A DNA stretch of 64,000 nt from Asticcacaulis sp. Lineage in GTDB: Bacteria; Pseudomonadota; Alphaproteobacteria; Caulobacterales; Caulobacteraceae. The translations under genes were made by a program, and so were the position numbers. The DNA lies in NCBI RefSeq assembly GCF_051954415.1, contig NZ_JBQCHT010000010.1, forward strand, positions 2,100 to 66,099, given 5' to 3'. The notes under the pieces were generated by a model. The model was not told the origin of the DNA and searched no databases. It saw only the letters and a list, made by a program, of their open reading frames with translations. Below, in pieces: positions 20,891-30,268 of the stretch; the stretch's first letter is position 1, and the number at the start of each line of letters is the position of its first letter.

Positions 20891-22315
20891 ATGAAACTGC
20901 ACGAACCGTTTGCCCTCGCCACTGTCATCATGCTGGCGGCTTGCTCGCCGGGCCACAGTCAGGACGGGCAAAAGTATTCCGGCAGTTTTAATGAAGCCCT
21001 GACCCAGCCGTCCAAGGTGCCGGACAGCGCCATTGGCATGAAGGCGTCGTTTGCGCCTGTGGTCCGCACCGTGGCGCCGGCCGTGGTTAATGTCTATGCC
21101 CGCGGCGTGGTGCGCCAGCAGGTCGATCCGTTCTGGCAGATGTTTGGCGCTGTCCCCCGCCAGCAGGTCCAGCAGTCGCTGGGCTCCGGCGTCATTGTGC
21201 GCAAGGATGGCATCGTCGTCACCAATAACCACGTCGTCGCCGGCGGCCAGCAGTTCATGGTGGTACTGAATGATCGCCGTGAATATCCCGCCAAGCTGTT
21301 GCTGGCCGATGAGCGCACCGATCTGGCCGTGCTGCAGATCGCTTCCAAGGAAAGCTTCCCTACGCTCGAAATGGACGACGATCGCAATCTGGAGGTCGGC
21401 GACCTGGTTCTGGCCATCGGCAATCCGTTCGGTATCGGCCAGACTGTGACCAATGGCATTATTTCGGCGCTCAACCGCACTGAGGTCGGCCCTGGCGGTG
21501 GTTCCTATATCCAGACCGATGCCGCCATCAATCCGGGTAATTCCGGCGGCGCCCTGGTGGATATGAATGGCCGCCTGATCGGCATCAATTCGATGATCGT
21601 GTCCGGTTCCGGTTCCTCGGCCGGTGTCGGTTTTGCCATTCCTTCGGCCCTAGTGCGCCGCGTGGTCGAAAGCGCGGCTGGCGGTGCCACGCATCTCCAG
21701 CGGCCGTGGCTTGGTGCCAAGGGCGACACCGTCACCAGTGATATTGCCAAGAGCCTCGGCATGGATCGCCCGGAAGGCGTGCTGGTATCGGATATCTATG
21801 CCGGAGGGCCAGCGGATCAGGCCGGTCTAAAGACGGGTGACGTCATCCTCAGCATCGATGGCCAGCCGGTCAATGACGCCTCCTCCATGCGGTACCGTAT
21901 TGACCTCTTGACCGTGGGCCAGATGACCGAAGTGCAGGGCCTGCGCAATGGCAAGCCCTTTACGATAAAAGTGAAAGCGCAGCCGCCTTCGGCGACGCCG
22001 GCGCGCGATGAACGTGTCATTGCCGGCAATAATCCCTTCGCCGGCGCCAAGGTGGTCAATCTCTCTCCCGCTGTGGCCGAGGAGGTTGGCGCCGATCCCT
22101 TCGATGCACCCAAGGGCGTGATGGTTTATTCTATCGATTCCTCACGCAGCTATGCGGCGGGTATCGGCCTGCGTCCGGGCGATATCATCAAATCAGTCAA
22201 TGGCCGGGTGATTAACACCACCGCCGATCTCGATGCCGCCACCAGGGCCGGCGCGCGCCGCTGGCAGATAAGCATCATGCGCAACGGCCAGATGATCACG
22301 GCGACCTTCAGTTAA
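20891..22315 (+). CDS. DegP/DegQ (HtrA) periplasmic serine endoprotease with two PDZ domains
   Basis: The catalytic motifs TNNHVV, TDLAVL and GNSGGAL are present, followed by two PDZ-like regions. Confidence 0.9.
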   Translation: MKLHEPFALATVIMLAACSPGHSQDGQKYSGSFNEALTQPSKVPDSAIGMKASFAPVVRTVAPAVVNVYARGVVRQQVDPFWQMFGAVPRQQVQQSLGSGVIVRKDGIVVTNNHVVAGGQQFMVVLNDRREYPAKLLLADERTDLAVLQIASKESFPTLEMDDDRNLEVGDLVLAIGNPFGIGQTVTNGIISALNRTEVGPGGGSYIQTDAAINPGNSGGALVDMNGRLIGINSMIVSGSGSSAGVGFAIPSALVRRVVESAAGGATHLQRPWLGAKGDTVTSDIAKSLGMDRPEGVLVSDIYAGGPADQAGLKTGDVILSIDGQPVNDASSMRYRIDLLTVGQMTEVQGLRNGKPFTIKVKAQPPSATPARDERVIAGNNPFAGAKVVNLSPAVAEEVGADPFDAPKGVMVYSIDSSRSYAAGIGLRPGDIIKSVNGRVINTTADLDAATRAGARRWQISIMRNGQMITATFS

Positions 22316-22316
22316 A

Positions 22317-22922
22317 TCAGCCTGCGCGTGATAGCTGAGCAGGTCGCGCCACCTGATCCATGGCAAAGCGGCATATGCGATCCACAAGAGAGTCCCAGCC
22401 CTCGGATTGTAAGCGGAGCACATGGGTTGCTGCAATGAATTCCAGTTGAGTGCTGGCTGACAACGGATAAATCAAAGCTGTCGATCTGTCTCCGTATTCG
22501 TCCTGATCGCCTTGAAGGATCAAGGTGGGTACTTTCAGGCGTGCCAGGTGATCGACCCTGTCAGGTTCATGCGCCTTTTCGGGATGGCGAAAAGGATAGC
22601 CCAAGCAGACTATGCCGGCCATCGGCGCATTACCCGCCGACTCGGCGGCGAGACGTGTCATGACCCGTCCGCCGGAAGAGCATCCTATCACGATCAGATT
22701 TTGCGTGGGAATGGAGGTCAGAATGCGACGGAGAAAAGCGATGCGCGGCGCCAAGCCCAGCGGCGGAACGCCATCGGCGAACTGTTCAATCAGATTGCTG
22801 TAGGTCAGGTGACGGCCGGGCAAGCGATGACATAAGACTGTCTCAATATACTGATCGTCGGGGTAACGATCTCCTGACATGAAAAGAAAGGTTACATGGG
22901 ATAGCTGCGATCTGACTGACAT
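22317..22922 (-). CDS. Small alpha/beta-fold hydrolase (dienelactone-hydrolase/COG3571-like)
   Basis: The sequence has GCSSGGRV...CLGYPFRHP...VPTLILQGDQDEYG. Confidence 0.6.
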   Translation of the reverse strand: MSVRSQLSHVTFLFMSGDRYPDDQYIETVLCHRLPGRHLTYSNLIEQFADGVPPLGLAPRIAFLRRILTSIPTQNLIVIGCSSGGRVMTRLAAESAGNAPMAGIVCLGYPFRHPEKAHEPDRVDHLARLKVPTLILQGDQDEYGDRSTALIYPLSASTQLEFIAATHVLRLQSEGWDSLVDRICRFAMDQVARPAQLSRAG

Positions 22923-23077
22923 GACTCATTACCATCTGGCCTTATCCAGTGGTCGGCCTGTTCATAACTGTGAAGTGGTAATGTGACCAAGATCTTAATA
23001 CAGCCGTATCTTTCGCAACTGCTTTACAGCCTGCGATTCCCTGCCAATAATGTCCCCTTCATTTAGGGAGGCGTATA

Positions 23078-25033
23078 ATGTTGAAGGTATCCGGTTTGGC
23101 CCTGGCGATGGCCCTGATAGCGGGCGGAGCGATGGCGCAGGAACAGGCCTTGCCAATGCCGGCGCCGGATACGCCTGCCTTGCCTACGCCGCAGGATGTC
23201 GATTATCCCGGCACGATCAAGCTGCATGTCGATGCCACCGATCTCGACCGCCATATCATTGCCGTCCATGAGGCCATCCCGGTTTCAGGTGCTGGCCCGC
23301 TGACCCTGTTGCAACCGAAATGGCTGCCAGGCACCCATTCGCCGCGCGACAGCGACATCACCAAGTTGGCCGGTCTGCATATCACGGCGGGCGGAAAAGA
23401 GCTGAAGTGGCGCCGCGATGACGTGGCGACCAATGGCTTCCATATCGAGGTGCCGGCCGGCGTCACCGAAGTGGTGGCCGACTTCCAGTTCCTCTCACCC
23501 GTGCAGGAACGCGACGGCCTGATTGTCCATACGCGCAACATGATGGACATGCAGTGGGAGAACGAGAGCCTTTATCCTGCAGGCTTCTTCACCCGCCGTA
23601 TTCCGGTTGAGGTGACGCTTACGATGCCCCAGGGCTGGAACTATGGTTCGGCTCTGGAAGAGGCGAAGCGTGAGGGCGATGTCGTCACCTTCAAGCCGAT
23701 CTCCTACGACAACCTCATCGATTCGCCGCTTTTGGCCGGGCGCTATTTCAAGCGTTATGATCTCGATCCCGGTTCGAAGGTGCCGGTCTTCCTCGATATT
23801 GCCGCTGATGATCCGGCGGACCTGGAAGTGCCCGAAAAAGCCCTGACCATCCAGAAGAAAGTAGTCCAGGAAGCCTGCAAGCTCTTTGGCGGCCAGCATT
23901 ACGATCATTATGATATACTGCTGGCCATCACCGATGAAATGGGCGGCATCGGTCTGGAACACCACCGCTCGTCGGAAAACGCCGTCGAGCCGGGGTATCT
24001 GCGCAATGTCGTCGGCAAGGGCTTTGGCCGCTTTATTCCGCCGCATGAATATACCCATAGCTGGGATGGCAAGTTCCGCCGCCCCGCCGGGCAGTTTACG
24101 CCGACCTTTCAGGAGCCGATGCGCGATGAACTTCTGTGGGTCTATGAAGGCGGCACGACCTACTGGGGCGAACTGCTGGAAAGCCGTGCCGGGCTCTACA
24201 ATTTCGACCAGCGTTTGCAGATGATGGCCGTGACCATGGCCAGTTACGACCTGCTGCCGGCGCGCGAATGGCGCGATTTGCAGGACACCACCTATGATCC
24301 GATCATCTCCAACCGCGAGCCGAAGTCGTGGCCGAGCTGGCAGCGCTCCGAGGACTATTATGCTGAGGGCGGCCTGATCTGGCTCGATGCCGATACCCTG
24401 ATCCGCGAAAAGACCGGCGGGAAGAAGTCTCTCGACGATTTCGCCAGGGCCTTCTTCAATGTTCATAACGGCTCTTACCTGCCGGCGCCCTATACCTTTG
24501 ATGACGTGGTGACGGCGCTGAACTCGGTCTACCCCTACGACTGGGCCAGCTTTCTGAAGACACGGTTGGAGCGCACAGGAAAAGGGGCGCCGCTCGATGG
24601 CCTGACCCGTGGCGGCTACAAGCTTGTTTATGACGATACGCCGTCGGATTACATCAAGAGCAATGAGAGTAAGCGCGGCGCCAATTTCGGCTACAGTTTG
24701 GGCCTGACTATCGGCAAGGACGGCAGTATCCGCGATGTGCTCTGGAATGGCCTGGGTTTCAAAAGCGGCCTGACGGCCGGCATGAAGGTCATCGCCGTCA
24801 ATGACCGGGCCTATGACAGCGATCGTCTGAAGGATATGGTGATCGCCGCGCATAAGCCAGGCAATAGCGACAAGATCACTCTGCTGGTGCAGGATGGGGA
24901 GTATTTCAGAACCATCACCTTCGATTATCACGAGGGCCTGCGTTATCCGCATCTGGAGCGCATAGCGGGTACGACCGACTGGCTGAAACCGATTTACGGG
25001 GCTGAGGATAAGCCAGCGAAAAAGGGGAAATAG
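23078..25033 (+). CDS. M61-type (glycyl aminopeptidase-like) zinc metallopeptidase with a C-terminal PDZ domain, secreted
   Basis: It has a signal peptide, HEYTH (an HExxH motif) and a PDZ-like GLTAGMKVIAVND. Confidence 0.75.
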   Translation: MLKVSGLALAMALIAGGAMAQEQALPMPAPDTPALPTPQDVDYPGTIKLHVDATDLDRHIIAVHEAIPVSGAGPLTLLQPKWLPGTHSPRDSDITKLAGLHITAGGKELKWRRDDVATNGFHIEVPAGVTEVVADFQFLSPVQERDGLIVHTRNMMDMQWENESLYPAGFFTRRIPVEVTLTMPQGWNYGSALEEAKREGDVVTFKPISYDNLIDSPLLAGRYFKRYDLDPGSKVPVFLDIAADDPADLEVPEKALTIQKKVVQEACKLFGGQHYDHYDILLAITDEMGGIGLEHHRSSENAVEPGYLRNVVGKGFGRFIPPHEYTHSWDGKFRRPAGQFTPTFQEPMRDELLWVYEGGTTYWGELLESRAGLYNFDQRLQMMAVTMASYDLLPAREWRDLQDTTYDPIISNREPKSWPSWQRSEDYYAEGGLIWLDADTLIREKTGGKKSLDDFARAFFNVHNGSYLPAPYTFDDVVTALNSVYPYDWASFLKTRLERTGKGAPLDGLTRGGYKLVYDDTPSDYIKSNESKRGANFGYSLGLTIGKDGSIRDVLWNGLGFKSGLTAGMKVIAVNDRAYDSDRLKDMVIAAHKPGNSDKITLLVQDGEYFRTITFDYHEGLRYPHLERIAGTTDWLKPIYGAEDKPAKKGK

Positions 25034-25096
25034 CTGGCGCGAAAAGTTAATGCGCGTTAACCTCTTTGGGCGGAGAATCGTGTCTCCGCGCCGGAG

Positions 25097-25336
25097 GTGG
25101 GCGTGTATTTCACAGGCGCAGGACAGGTTGAAACGCGGGCCAGCGCCTATTGGCGCCAGCGCGTGCAGGCCGTTGAGCCTGTGGTTGGCCAGGCCCGCAG
25201 AAAAGCCGCGCGTCGCCGGGAGGCGGACCGCGAGGATGGTCATGGCCCCGCGCTCTATGTCACCCTTTCACCCGTGGGGCAGGCGCAGCTCGAAAATCTG
25301 CGGCGGGAACTGGCCGCACAGCGGACGAAACGTTAA
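25097..25336 (+). CDS. Possible small basic protein (79 aa, GTG start)
   Basis: It has high GC3 and is followed by the hairpin CCTTCCC-aggcc-GGGAAGG. I recognise no family. Confidence 0.25.
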   Translation: MGVYFTGAGQVETRASAYWRQRVQAVEPVVGQARRKAARRREADREDGHGPALYVTLSPVGQAQLENLRRELAAQRTKR

Positions 25337-25378
25337 TTTTACCTTCCCAGGCCGGGAAGGATGTTCTATATTTGTTTC

Positions 25379-26725
25379 ATGTCGAAAGCGCCTATTGCCG
25401 ATCTGTTCGGCGCCCCCGAACCGTCGCTGAAAAGCGCTATCCCACAAGTTGATGAGGCGGCAAAGCCGCTGGCTGATCGCCTGCGACCGAAGACGCTTGC
25501 CGAGGTGGTGGGACAGGATCATGTGCTGGGTAGTGGCGGGGCGATCGCACGCGTGATCGAGCGCGGATTTTTGCCGAGCCTGATCCTGTGGGGACCGCCG
25601 GGTGTCGGCAAGACGACCATCGCGCGCCTGCTGGCCGAGGCTGCCGGCTATGAATTTCAACAGATATCGGCCGTCTTTTCCGGCGTCGCTGATCTGAAGA
25701 AGGCGTTCGAACAGGCGCAGTTTCGCCATTCCCAAGGCGCGCGCACGGTTCTGTTTGTCGATGAGATCCATCGTTTTAACCGCGCCCAGCAGGACAGTTT
25801 TTTGCCCTATGTCGAGGCCGGGGTCGTCACCCTGATCGGCGCCACCACCGAAAATCCATCGTTTGAATTGAATGGCGCGCTACTGTCGCGCTGCCAGGTG
25901 TTTGTGCTGAAAAGGCTGGATGACGCGGCGCTCGATCAGCTGATCGCCCGCGCCGAGGACCACCTCGGCCACGGCCTGCCGCTGACGCCGGAAGCCCGCG
26001 ACACGCTGAAGCTGCTGAGCGATGGTGACGGGCGCTATATCCTGAGCCTGATCGAGTCGCTGGACCACATGGGCTTTGATGCGCCGATAGATAGCGAAGG
26101 CTTGCTGGCGCATCTGCAAAAGCGCCGGCCCAATCACGACAAGGACCGGGAAGGGCACTACAATCTCATCTCGGCCCTGCACAAGTCGGTGCGCGGGTCT
26201 GATCCGGACGCGGCGCTTTACTGGCTGGCGCGGATGCTCAATGGCGGCGACGATCCGCTGTTCATCGCCCGCCGCCTGATCCGCATGGCCTCGGAAGATA
26301 TTGGCAATGCCGATCCGATGTCCTTGCTGATGTGTCATGCGGCGCGCGATACCTACGAGGTGCTGGGAAGTCCTGAAGGCGAACTGGCCCTGGCGCAGGC
26401 CGTGGTGCATATGGCGTCGGCACCGAAATCCAACAGCGTCTACACGGCCTTCAAGTCGGCTGTGAAACTGGCGAAGGAAACCGGCCATCTTGATCCGCCG
26501 GCGGTAATTCTCAATGCACCGACCAAGCTGATGAAGGATATCGGCTATGGCGCGGGCTATATCTATGATCCGGACGATCCCGATGGTTTCTCCGGCCAGA
26601 ACTATTTCCCCGATGGCATGAAGCGTCCGAAGTTCTACGATCCCAAGGGCGACGGCCACGAAGGCAAGACGAAACAGCGGCTTGAATATTGGGCCGAACT
26701 GCGCGAGAAAAAGCAGAAGTGGTAA
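25379..26725 (+). CDS. rarA: Replication-associated recombination protein A (AAA+ ATPase)
   Basis: The sequence has LRPKTLAEVVGQDH, a Walker A GPPGVGKTT and DEIHRFNRAQQD. Confidence 0.93.
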   Translation: MSKAPIADLFGAPEPSLKSAIPQVDEAAKPLADRLRPKTLAEVVGQDHVLGSGGAIARVIERGFLPSLILWGPPGVGKTTIARLLAEAAGYEFQQISAVFSGVADLKKAFEQAQFRHSQGARTVLFVDEIHRFNRAQQDSFLPYVEAGVVTLIGATTENPSFELNGALLSRCQVFVLKRLDDAALDQLIARAEDHLGHGLPLTPEARDTLKLLSDGDGRYILSLIESLDHMGFDAPIDSEGLLAHLQKRRPNHDKDREGHYNLISALHKSVRGSDPDAALYWLARMLNGGDDPLFIARRLIRMASEDIGNADPMSLLMCHAARDTYEVLGSPEGELALAQAVVHMASAPKSNSVYTAFKSAVKLAKETGHLDPPAVILNAPTKLMKDIGYGAGYIYDPDDPDGFSGQNYFPDGMKRPKFYDPKGDGHEGKTKQRLEYWAELREKKQKW

Positions 26726-26745
26726 TTTCATACGAGGGGGAATTT

Positions 26746-27216
26746 ATGGGTTCGTTTTCACTTTGGCACATTCTGATTCTTTTTGCAGTTCTGGCCTTTA
26801 TCCCAGGCATCGTGCTGGCTGTACTCCTGTTTCTAGTCAGGCCGAGCGGCCCAAACCGTTTCGGGGCGTCGGCACCTGCCAGAAATTTCGGTGACGCCAT
26901 TACGGTTTGCCTCAGCAAGTTCGTTGATTTTAATGGCCGGGCCAGCCGTTCCGAATACTGGTGGTTCTATCTCGCCAGTTTTCTGTGCAGTCTGCTTGTT
27001 TCGACATTCGCGCGTCCGATTATCGGTGGCTTCGCCCAGATTGTTCCGCTTGTACTCCTGTTGCCGGGATTAGCTGCCGGAGCGCGACGTCTCCACGATA
27101 CTAACCGCAGCGCCTTATGGTTGCTTTTGAACCTGACCGGCATAGGCGGATTGGCGTTATTGATCGTATTCGCCCTGCCGCCAGCAGGGGATGATCAGGC
27201 GCGCGTCTTTGAATAG
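26746..27216 (+). CDS. DUF805 inner-membrane protein
   Basis: The sequence has GRASRSEYWWFYL...ARRLHDTNRS. The ATG at 26746 is preceded by GAGGGGG. Confidence 0.8.
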   Translation: MGSFSLWHILILFAVLAFIPGIVLAVLLFLVRPSGPNRFGASAPARNFGDAITVCLSKFVDFNGRASRSEYWWFYLASFLCSLLVSTFARPIIGGFAQIVPLVLLLPGLAAGARRLHDTNRSALWLLLNLTGIGGLALLIVFALPPAGDDQARVFE

Positions 27217-27254
27217 GCTTTGACGCGCAAGCCATGTCCGGTTAGTCAGCCTGC

Positions 27255-28073
27255 ATGGTCAAGCATTCCCCTCAGCATCGTCAGGCGCTCGCCAGCGGTC
27301 GCAGCCGTCCGCCGCAAAAGAGCAAGAGCGATAATCTGCGTAAAGCCCCGCGCCTGATCCCGGAGGCCGACCAGGCTTGGGTGAAGTCGATGATCGTCTA
27401 TGAGGATGAGCATATCATGGGCTTCAACAAACCCTCCGGTTTGTCTTCGCAGGGCGGGCGCGGCGGTGGCAATAATCTCGACGATATGATGTGGACCTTT
27501 GTCAAGCCGAGCGGCCGGCGACCCATGCTGATCCATCGGCTGGACCGCGACACCTCCGGCATCTTGCTGGTGGCGAAAACCCAGCCGGCGACCTCCTATC
27601 TTGGCAAGGCGATGATCCGCCGAGCCTTTGCCAAAACCTATCTGGCGGTGGTCGGCAATTCGCATAATCTGCCGGACGAGGGCGTGATCCGTTTCCCGCT
27701 GCGGCGCGAGGAAATCGGCCGTGAAGCCTATAGCCGCGTTTGCACCGCCGATCATCCCGATGCGCAAACCGCCGAGACAGCCTTTACCGTGCTGGCGCGC
27801 ACCGACGAAGCCGCCCTGGTGCGCTGCGAGCCCCATACCGGCCGGATGCACCAGATTCGCGTCCATCTGGCGGAAATGGGATCACCGATCGCCGGCGATG
27901 TTCGTTATGGCGGTGCGTTATCACTGGGCGGCGTGGCCGTGCCGCGGCTGATGCTGCACGCCAGGCAACTGATCTTTCCGCATCCGGATGGCCGGGGGGA
28001 GTTCACGCTTGAAGCGCCTGTGCCGGAGGACATGGCCCGGCTCTGTCGTGAGATCGGCCTCGACGGGCTTTAA
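27255..28073 (+). CDS. RluA-family pseudouridine synthase
   Basis: The catalytic motif HRLDRDTSGILLVAK is present, along with GRMHQIRVH. Confidence 0.88.
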   Translation: MVKHSPQHRQALASGRSRPPQKSKSDNLRKAPRLIPEADQAWVKSMIVYEDEHIMGFNKPSGLSSQGGRGGGNNLDDMMWTFVKPSGRRPMLIHRLDRDTSGILLVAKTQPATSYLGKAMIRRAFAKTYLAVVGNSHNLPDEGVIRFPLRREEIGREAYSRVCTADHPDAQTAETAFTVLARTDEAALVRCEPHTGRMHQIRVHLAEMGSPIAGDVRYGGALSLGGVAVPRLMLHARQLIFPHPDGRGEFTLEAPVPEDMARLCREIGLDGL

Positions 28074-28135
28074 GCCTTTTTACTTTTCGCCTGTGCTGTC
28101 ATGGTATAAGGGCAGGCAAAGCATTGGAGTGGCGG

Positions 28136-28543
28136 ATGAATCGGAAAATCGACTGGAGCGAACTGTTTTTCTCGTCCACGGGCCGGGCCGGGCAGATGCC
28201 GTCGATCATCGCGGCCGTGGTGTTGCTGCTGTTTCTGGCCGTTTATGAGTCGGTGGTGACGGGCGCCTTGTCTTTTCTCAACTGGATTGTCTATCCGATA
28301 CTTTTTTATTGCGGCGCCTGCGTGGTTTCGAAGCGTCTGCACGATCGTGGCCGTTCCGGCTGGTGGTCGGCGGTGATCCTGCTGGCAGTGGTGATGGTCT
28401 GGCCGCGGCCGCAGGGCTTTTTCGATTTTATCGCCGTGGCGGTGCTGGTCTGGGCGGTGATCGATCTCTGCGTCATGCCCGGCGAGCGCGGTGACAACCG
28501 CTATGGCCGGACATTGTTTCGCCTGACGCCGGGTGAAGGCTGA
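28136..28543 (+). CDS. DUF805 inner-membrane protein (second paralog)
   Basis: The sequence has VSKRLHDRGRSGWW and 3-4 TM segments. The ATG at 28136 is preferred to the TTG at 28124. Confidence 0.75.
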   Translation: MNRKIDWSELFFSSTGRAGQMPSIIAAVVLLLFLAVYESVVTGALSFLNWIVYPILFYCGACVVSKRLHDRGRSGWWSAVILLAVVMVWPRPQGFFDFIAVAVLVWAVIDLCVMPGERGDNRYGRTLFRLTPGEG

Positions 28544-28548
28544 GCCTC

Positions 28549-29043
28549 GTGTATGCCCTGAAATCGGGTATCAAGGAAAATCCTGAAAAACGCTGGGCGC
28601 TGCCTGACCGTATATTCTTCGGTTTCGGCGCCTGCCATATTCTGGCGGGTGTGTTTCTGGAAACCCAGAACTTGCCTGTTTTTTATGCCGAGCGGATTAT
28701 TCCGCATGAAGGCTACTGGGGCAATCACATCTACGTAACAGACGGCGTCATTGCCTTCGATTATCACGGTTACAGCCGCCGTGACCGACTGCTGGCGCAT
28801 TATATCAGAGGCTGGTCCGATCGATACCCTGGCTGGGGTTTTACCCTAGAAAAGGTGGGCTTCGACCTACTCGATACTAAGGCGCTCAATTCACGAAAGA
28901 TGCTGGGGGCTGACCAGTATCTGCATAACGCCATACCGCGTGCGCACCGCTTTATTGAGCGGATAGACCATGAAAAGGGGACTGAGAGAGCCTATGCTTC
29001 CACTGGCCCGAAGATCGCCTCGAAGCTCGATTTCAGTGCATAA
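28549..29043 (+). CDS. Hypothetical protein (164 aa, GTG start), apparently coupled to the DUF805 gene
   Basis: It lies 5 nt after the DUF805 stop. I recognise no family. It has conserved-looking Cys/His residues ([25 protein letters not shown]). Its GC is lower (about 52%). Confidence 0.5.
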   Translation: MYALKSGIKENPEKRWALPDRIFFGFGACHILAGVFLETQNLPVFYAERIIPHEGYWGNHIYVTDGVIAFDYHGYSRRDRLLAHYIRGWSDRYPGWGFTLEKVGFDLLDTKALNSRKMLGADQYLHNAIPRAHRFIERIDHEKGTERAYASTGPKIASKLDFSA

Positions 29044-29693
29044 TCCACTTCATCCATCGTTACCGGCAGGCCGAGGTCGAGCAGCGACGTAACGCCGTGT
29101 TCAGTGATGCCGCACGGCACGATACCGTCGAAATGCGACAGGTCCGGCTCGACATTCAAGCTGATGCCGTGGAAACTCACCCAGCGGCGCAGCTTGATGC
29201 CGATGGCAGCGATCTTGTCTTCGGTCAGCGGCTCGTAGCCCTTATCCCGCCGCTCGACCCACACGCCGACCCGCCCGTCACGGATATGGCCCTCGACATT
29301 GAAACGCCATAAGGTGTCGATCAGCCAGCGCTCCAGCGCCTCGACAAAAGCGCGGACATCCTTGCGGCGCTGGTTGAGATCGAGCATGACATAGACCACG
29401 CGCTGGCCGGGGCCATGATAGGTATATTGCCCGCCGCGTCCGGCATCGAAGACCTCGAAACGATCGGGGGCTATCAGGTCCTCCTTCTTCGCCGAGACGC
29501 CAGCGGTATAAAGCGGCGGGTGTTCCACGAGCCAGACCATTTCGCGCGCCTCGCCGGCGGCGATGGCGGCCACGCGTGCTTCCATGAAGGCCAGGGCTTC
29601 GGGATAGGGCACGAGGGCAGGGGCCACGATCCATTCAGGCGGCAGGCCCGTTTTTTTGGCAAATGGCGGCGTGTTTAACGTCTCGGAAAGCAT
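28992..29693 (-). CDS. lipB: Octanoyltransferase LipB
   Basis: The sequence has [22 protein letters not shown]...[17 protein letters not shown]. Confidence 0.94.
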   Translation of the reverse strand: MLSETLNTPPFAKKTGLPPEWIVAPALVPYPEALAFMEARVAAIAAGEAREMVWLVEHPPLYTAGVSAKKEDLIAPDRFEVFDAGRGGQYTYHGPGQRVVYVMLDLNQRRKDVRAFVEALERWLIDTLWRFNVEGHIRDGRVGVWVERRDKGYEPLTEDKIAAIGIKLRRWVSFHGISLNVEPDLSHFDGIVPCGITEHGVTSLLDLGLPVTMDEVDYALKSSFEAIFGPVEA

Positions 29694-29759
29694 GTCGCTT
29701 CAATGTGTCATAAGTTGTTAAGAGGCAAGGCCCTAATATAGGGGTTCCCTCTCGATTAT

Positions 29760-30038
29760 GTGGGTTTTAGGGGCTGTTTTTTCGTGTCTAACCAGGTGGG
29801 CGCCGTTCCCGTTGAAATTTCGGTTCTGCTCGGGCGTTCGGTTTTGCCGATGGCGCAGCTTCTGCGCATGGGCCGTGGCGCGGTGATTCCGCTCGATGCC
29901 CATGAGCATGACGAGGTGTGGATCCTGGCCAATAACCACCCGGTGGCGCGCGGCGAAATCCAGATTTTTGAGGAAAAGATATCGATCGTGGTCACCCGCC
30001 AGGCCAATGTCTATGACTTTATGGCGATCGGTTCGTAA
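29760..30038 (+). CDS. Orphan FliN/SpoA-domain protein (flagellar switch C-ring-like)
   Basis: The sequence has VPVEISVLLGRSVLPMAQLLRMGRGAVIPLD...VARGEIQIFEEKISIVVT. The start is uncertain (GTG at 29760, 29784 or 29796). Confidence 0.75.
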   Translation: MGFRGCFFVSNQVGAVPVEISVLLGRSVLPMAQLLRMGRGAVIPLDAHEHDEVWILANNHPVARGEIQIFEEKISIVVTRQANVYDFMAIGS

Positions 30039-30127
30039 GCCTGACCGCTAATATTTTGGGATAGTTGCGATTAAGGGCTTCCCAAAGCGTAAAAGTGTTG
30101 CTATCTGCGCCCCTCTCCGGATGGCGT

Positions 30128-30212
30128 GCGGTCATGGCGGAATTGGTAGACGCGCAGCGTTGAGGTCGCTGTGGGGCAACCCGTGGAAGTTCGAGTCTTC
30201 TTGACCGCACCA
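30128..30212 (+). tRNA. tRNA-Leu (anticodon GAG)
   Basis: The acceptor stem is GCGGTCA/TGACCGC plus ACCA. The anticodon arm is CAGCG-TTGAGGT-CGCTG. It has a long variable arm and a GTTCGAGTC T-loop. Confidence 0.93.
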
Positions 30213-30268
30213 ATCCGGAGATCATTTTTGAGGCATACGCGATAGCGTCTGAATGGGGAGCCTGAGCG

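Noticed and set aside
22927-22982. An 8-bp inverted repeat CATTACCA ... TGGTAATG in the hydrolase/M61 divergent spacer.
   Set aside because: It is short and widely spaced (about 40 nt), so it is easily explained by chance in an AT-richer spacer. No second copy was seen.
23495-25243. A 582-aa minus-strand ORF opposite the M61 peptidase gene.
   Set aside because: It is a shadow ORF of a well-supported + strand gene that has a signal peptide, HExxH and a PDZ domain. Its translation has no motifs.
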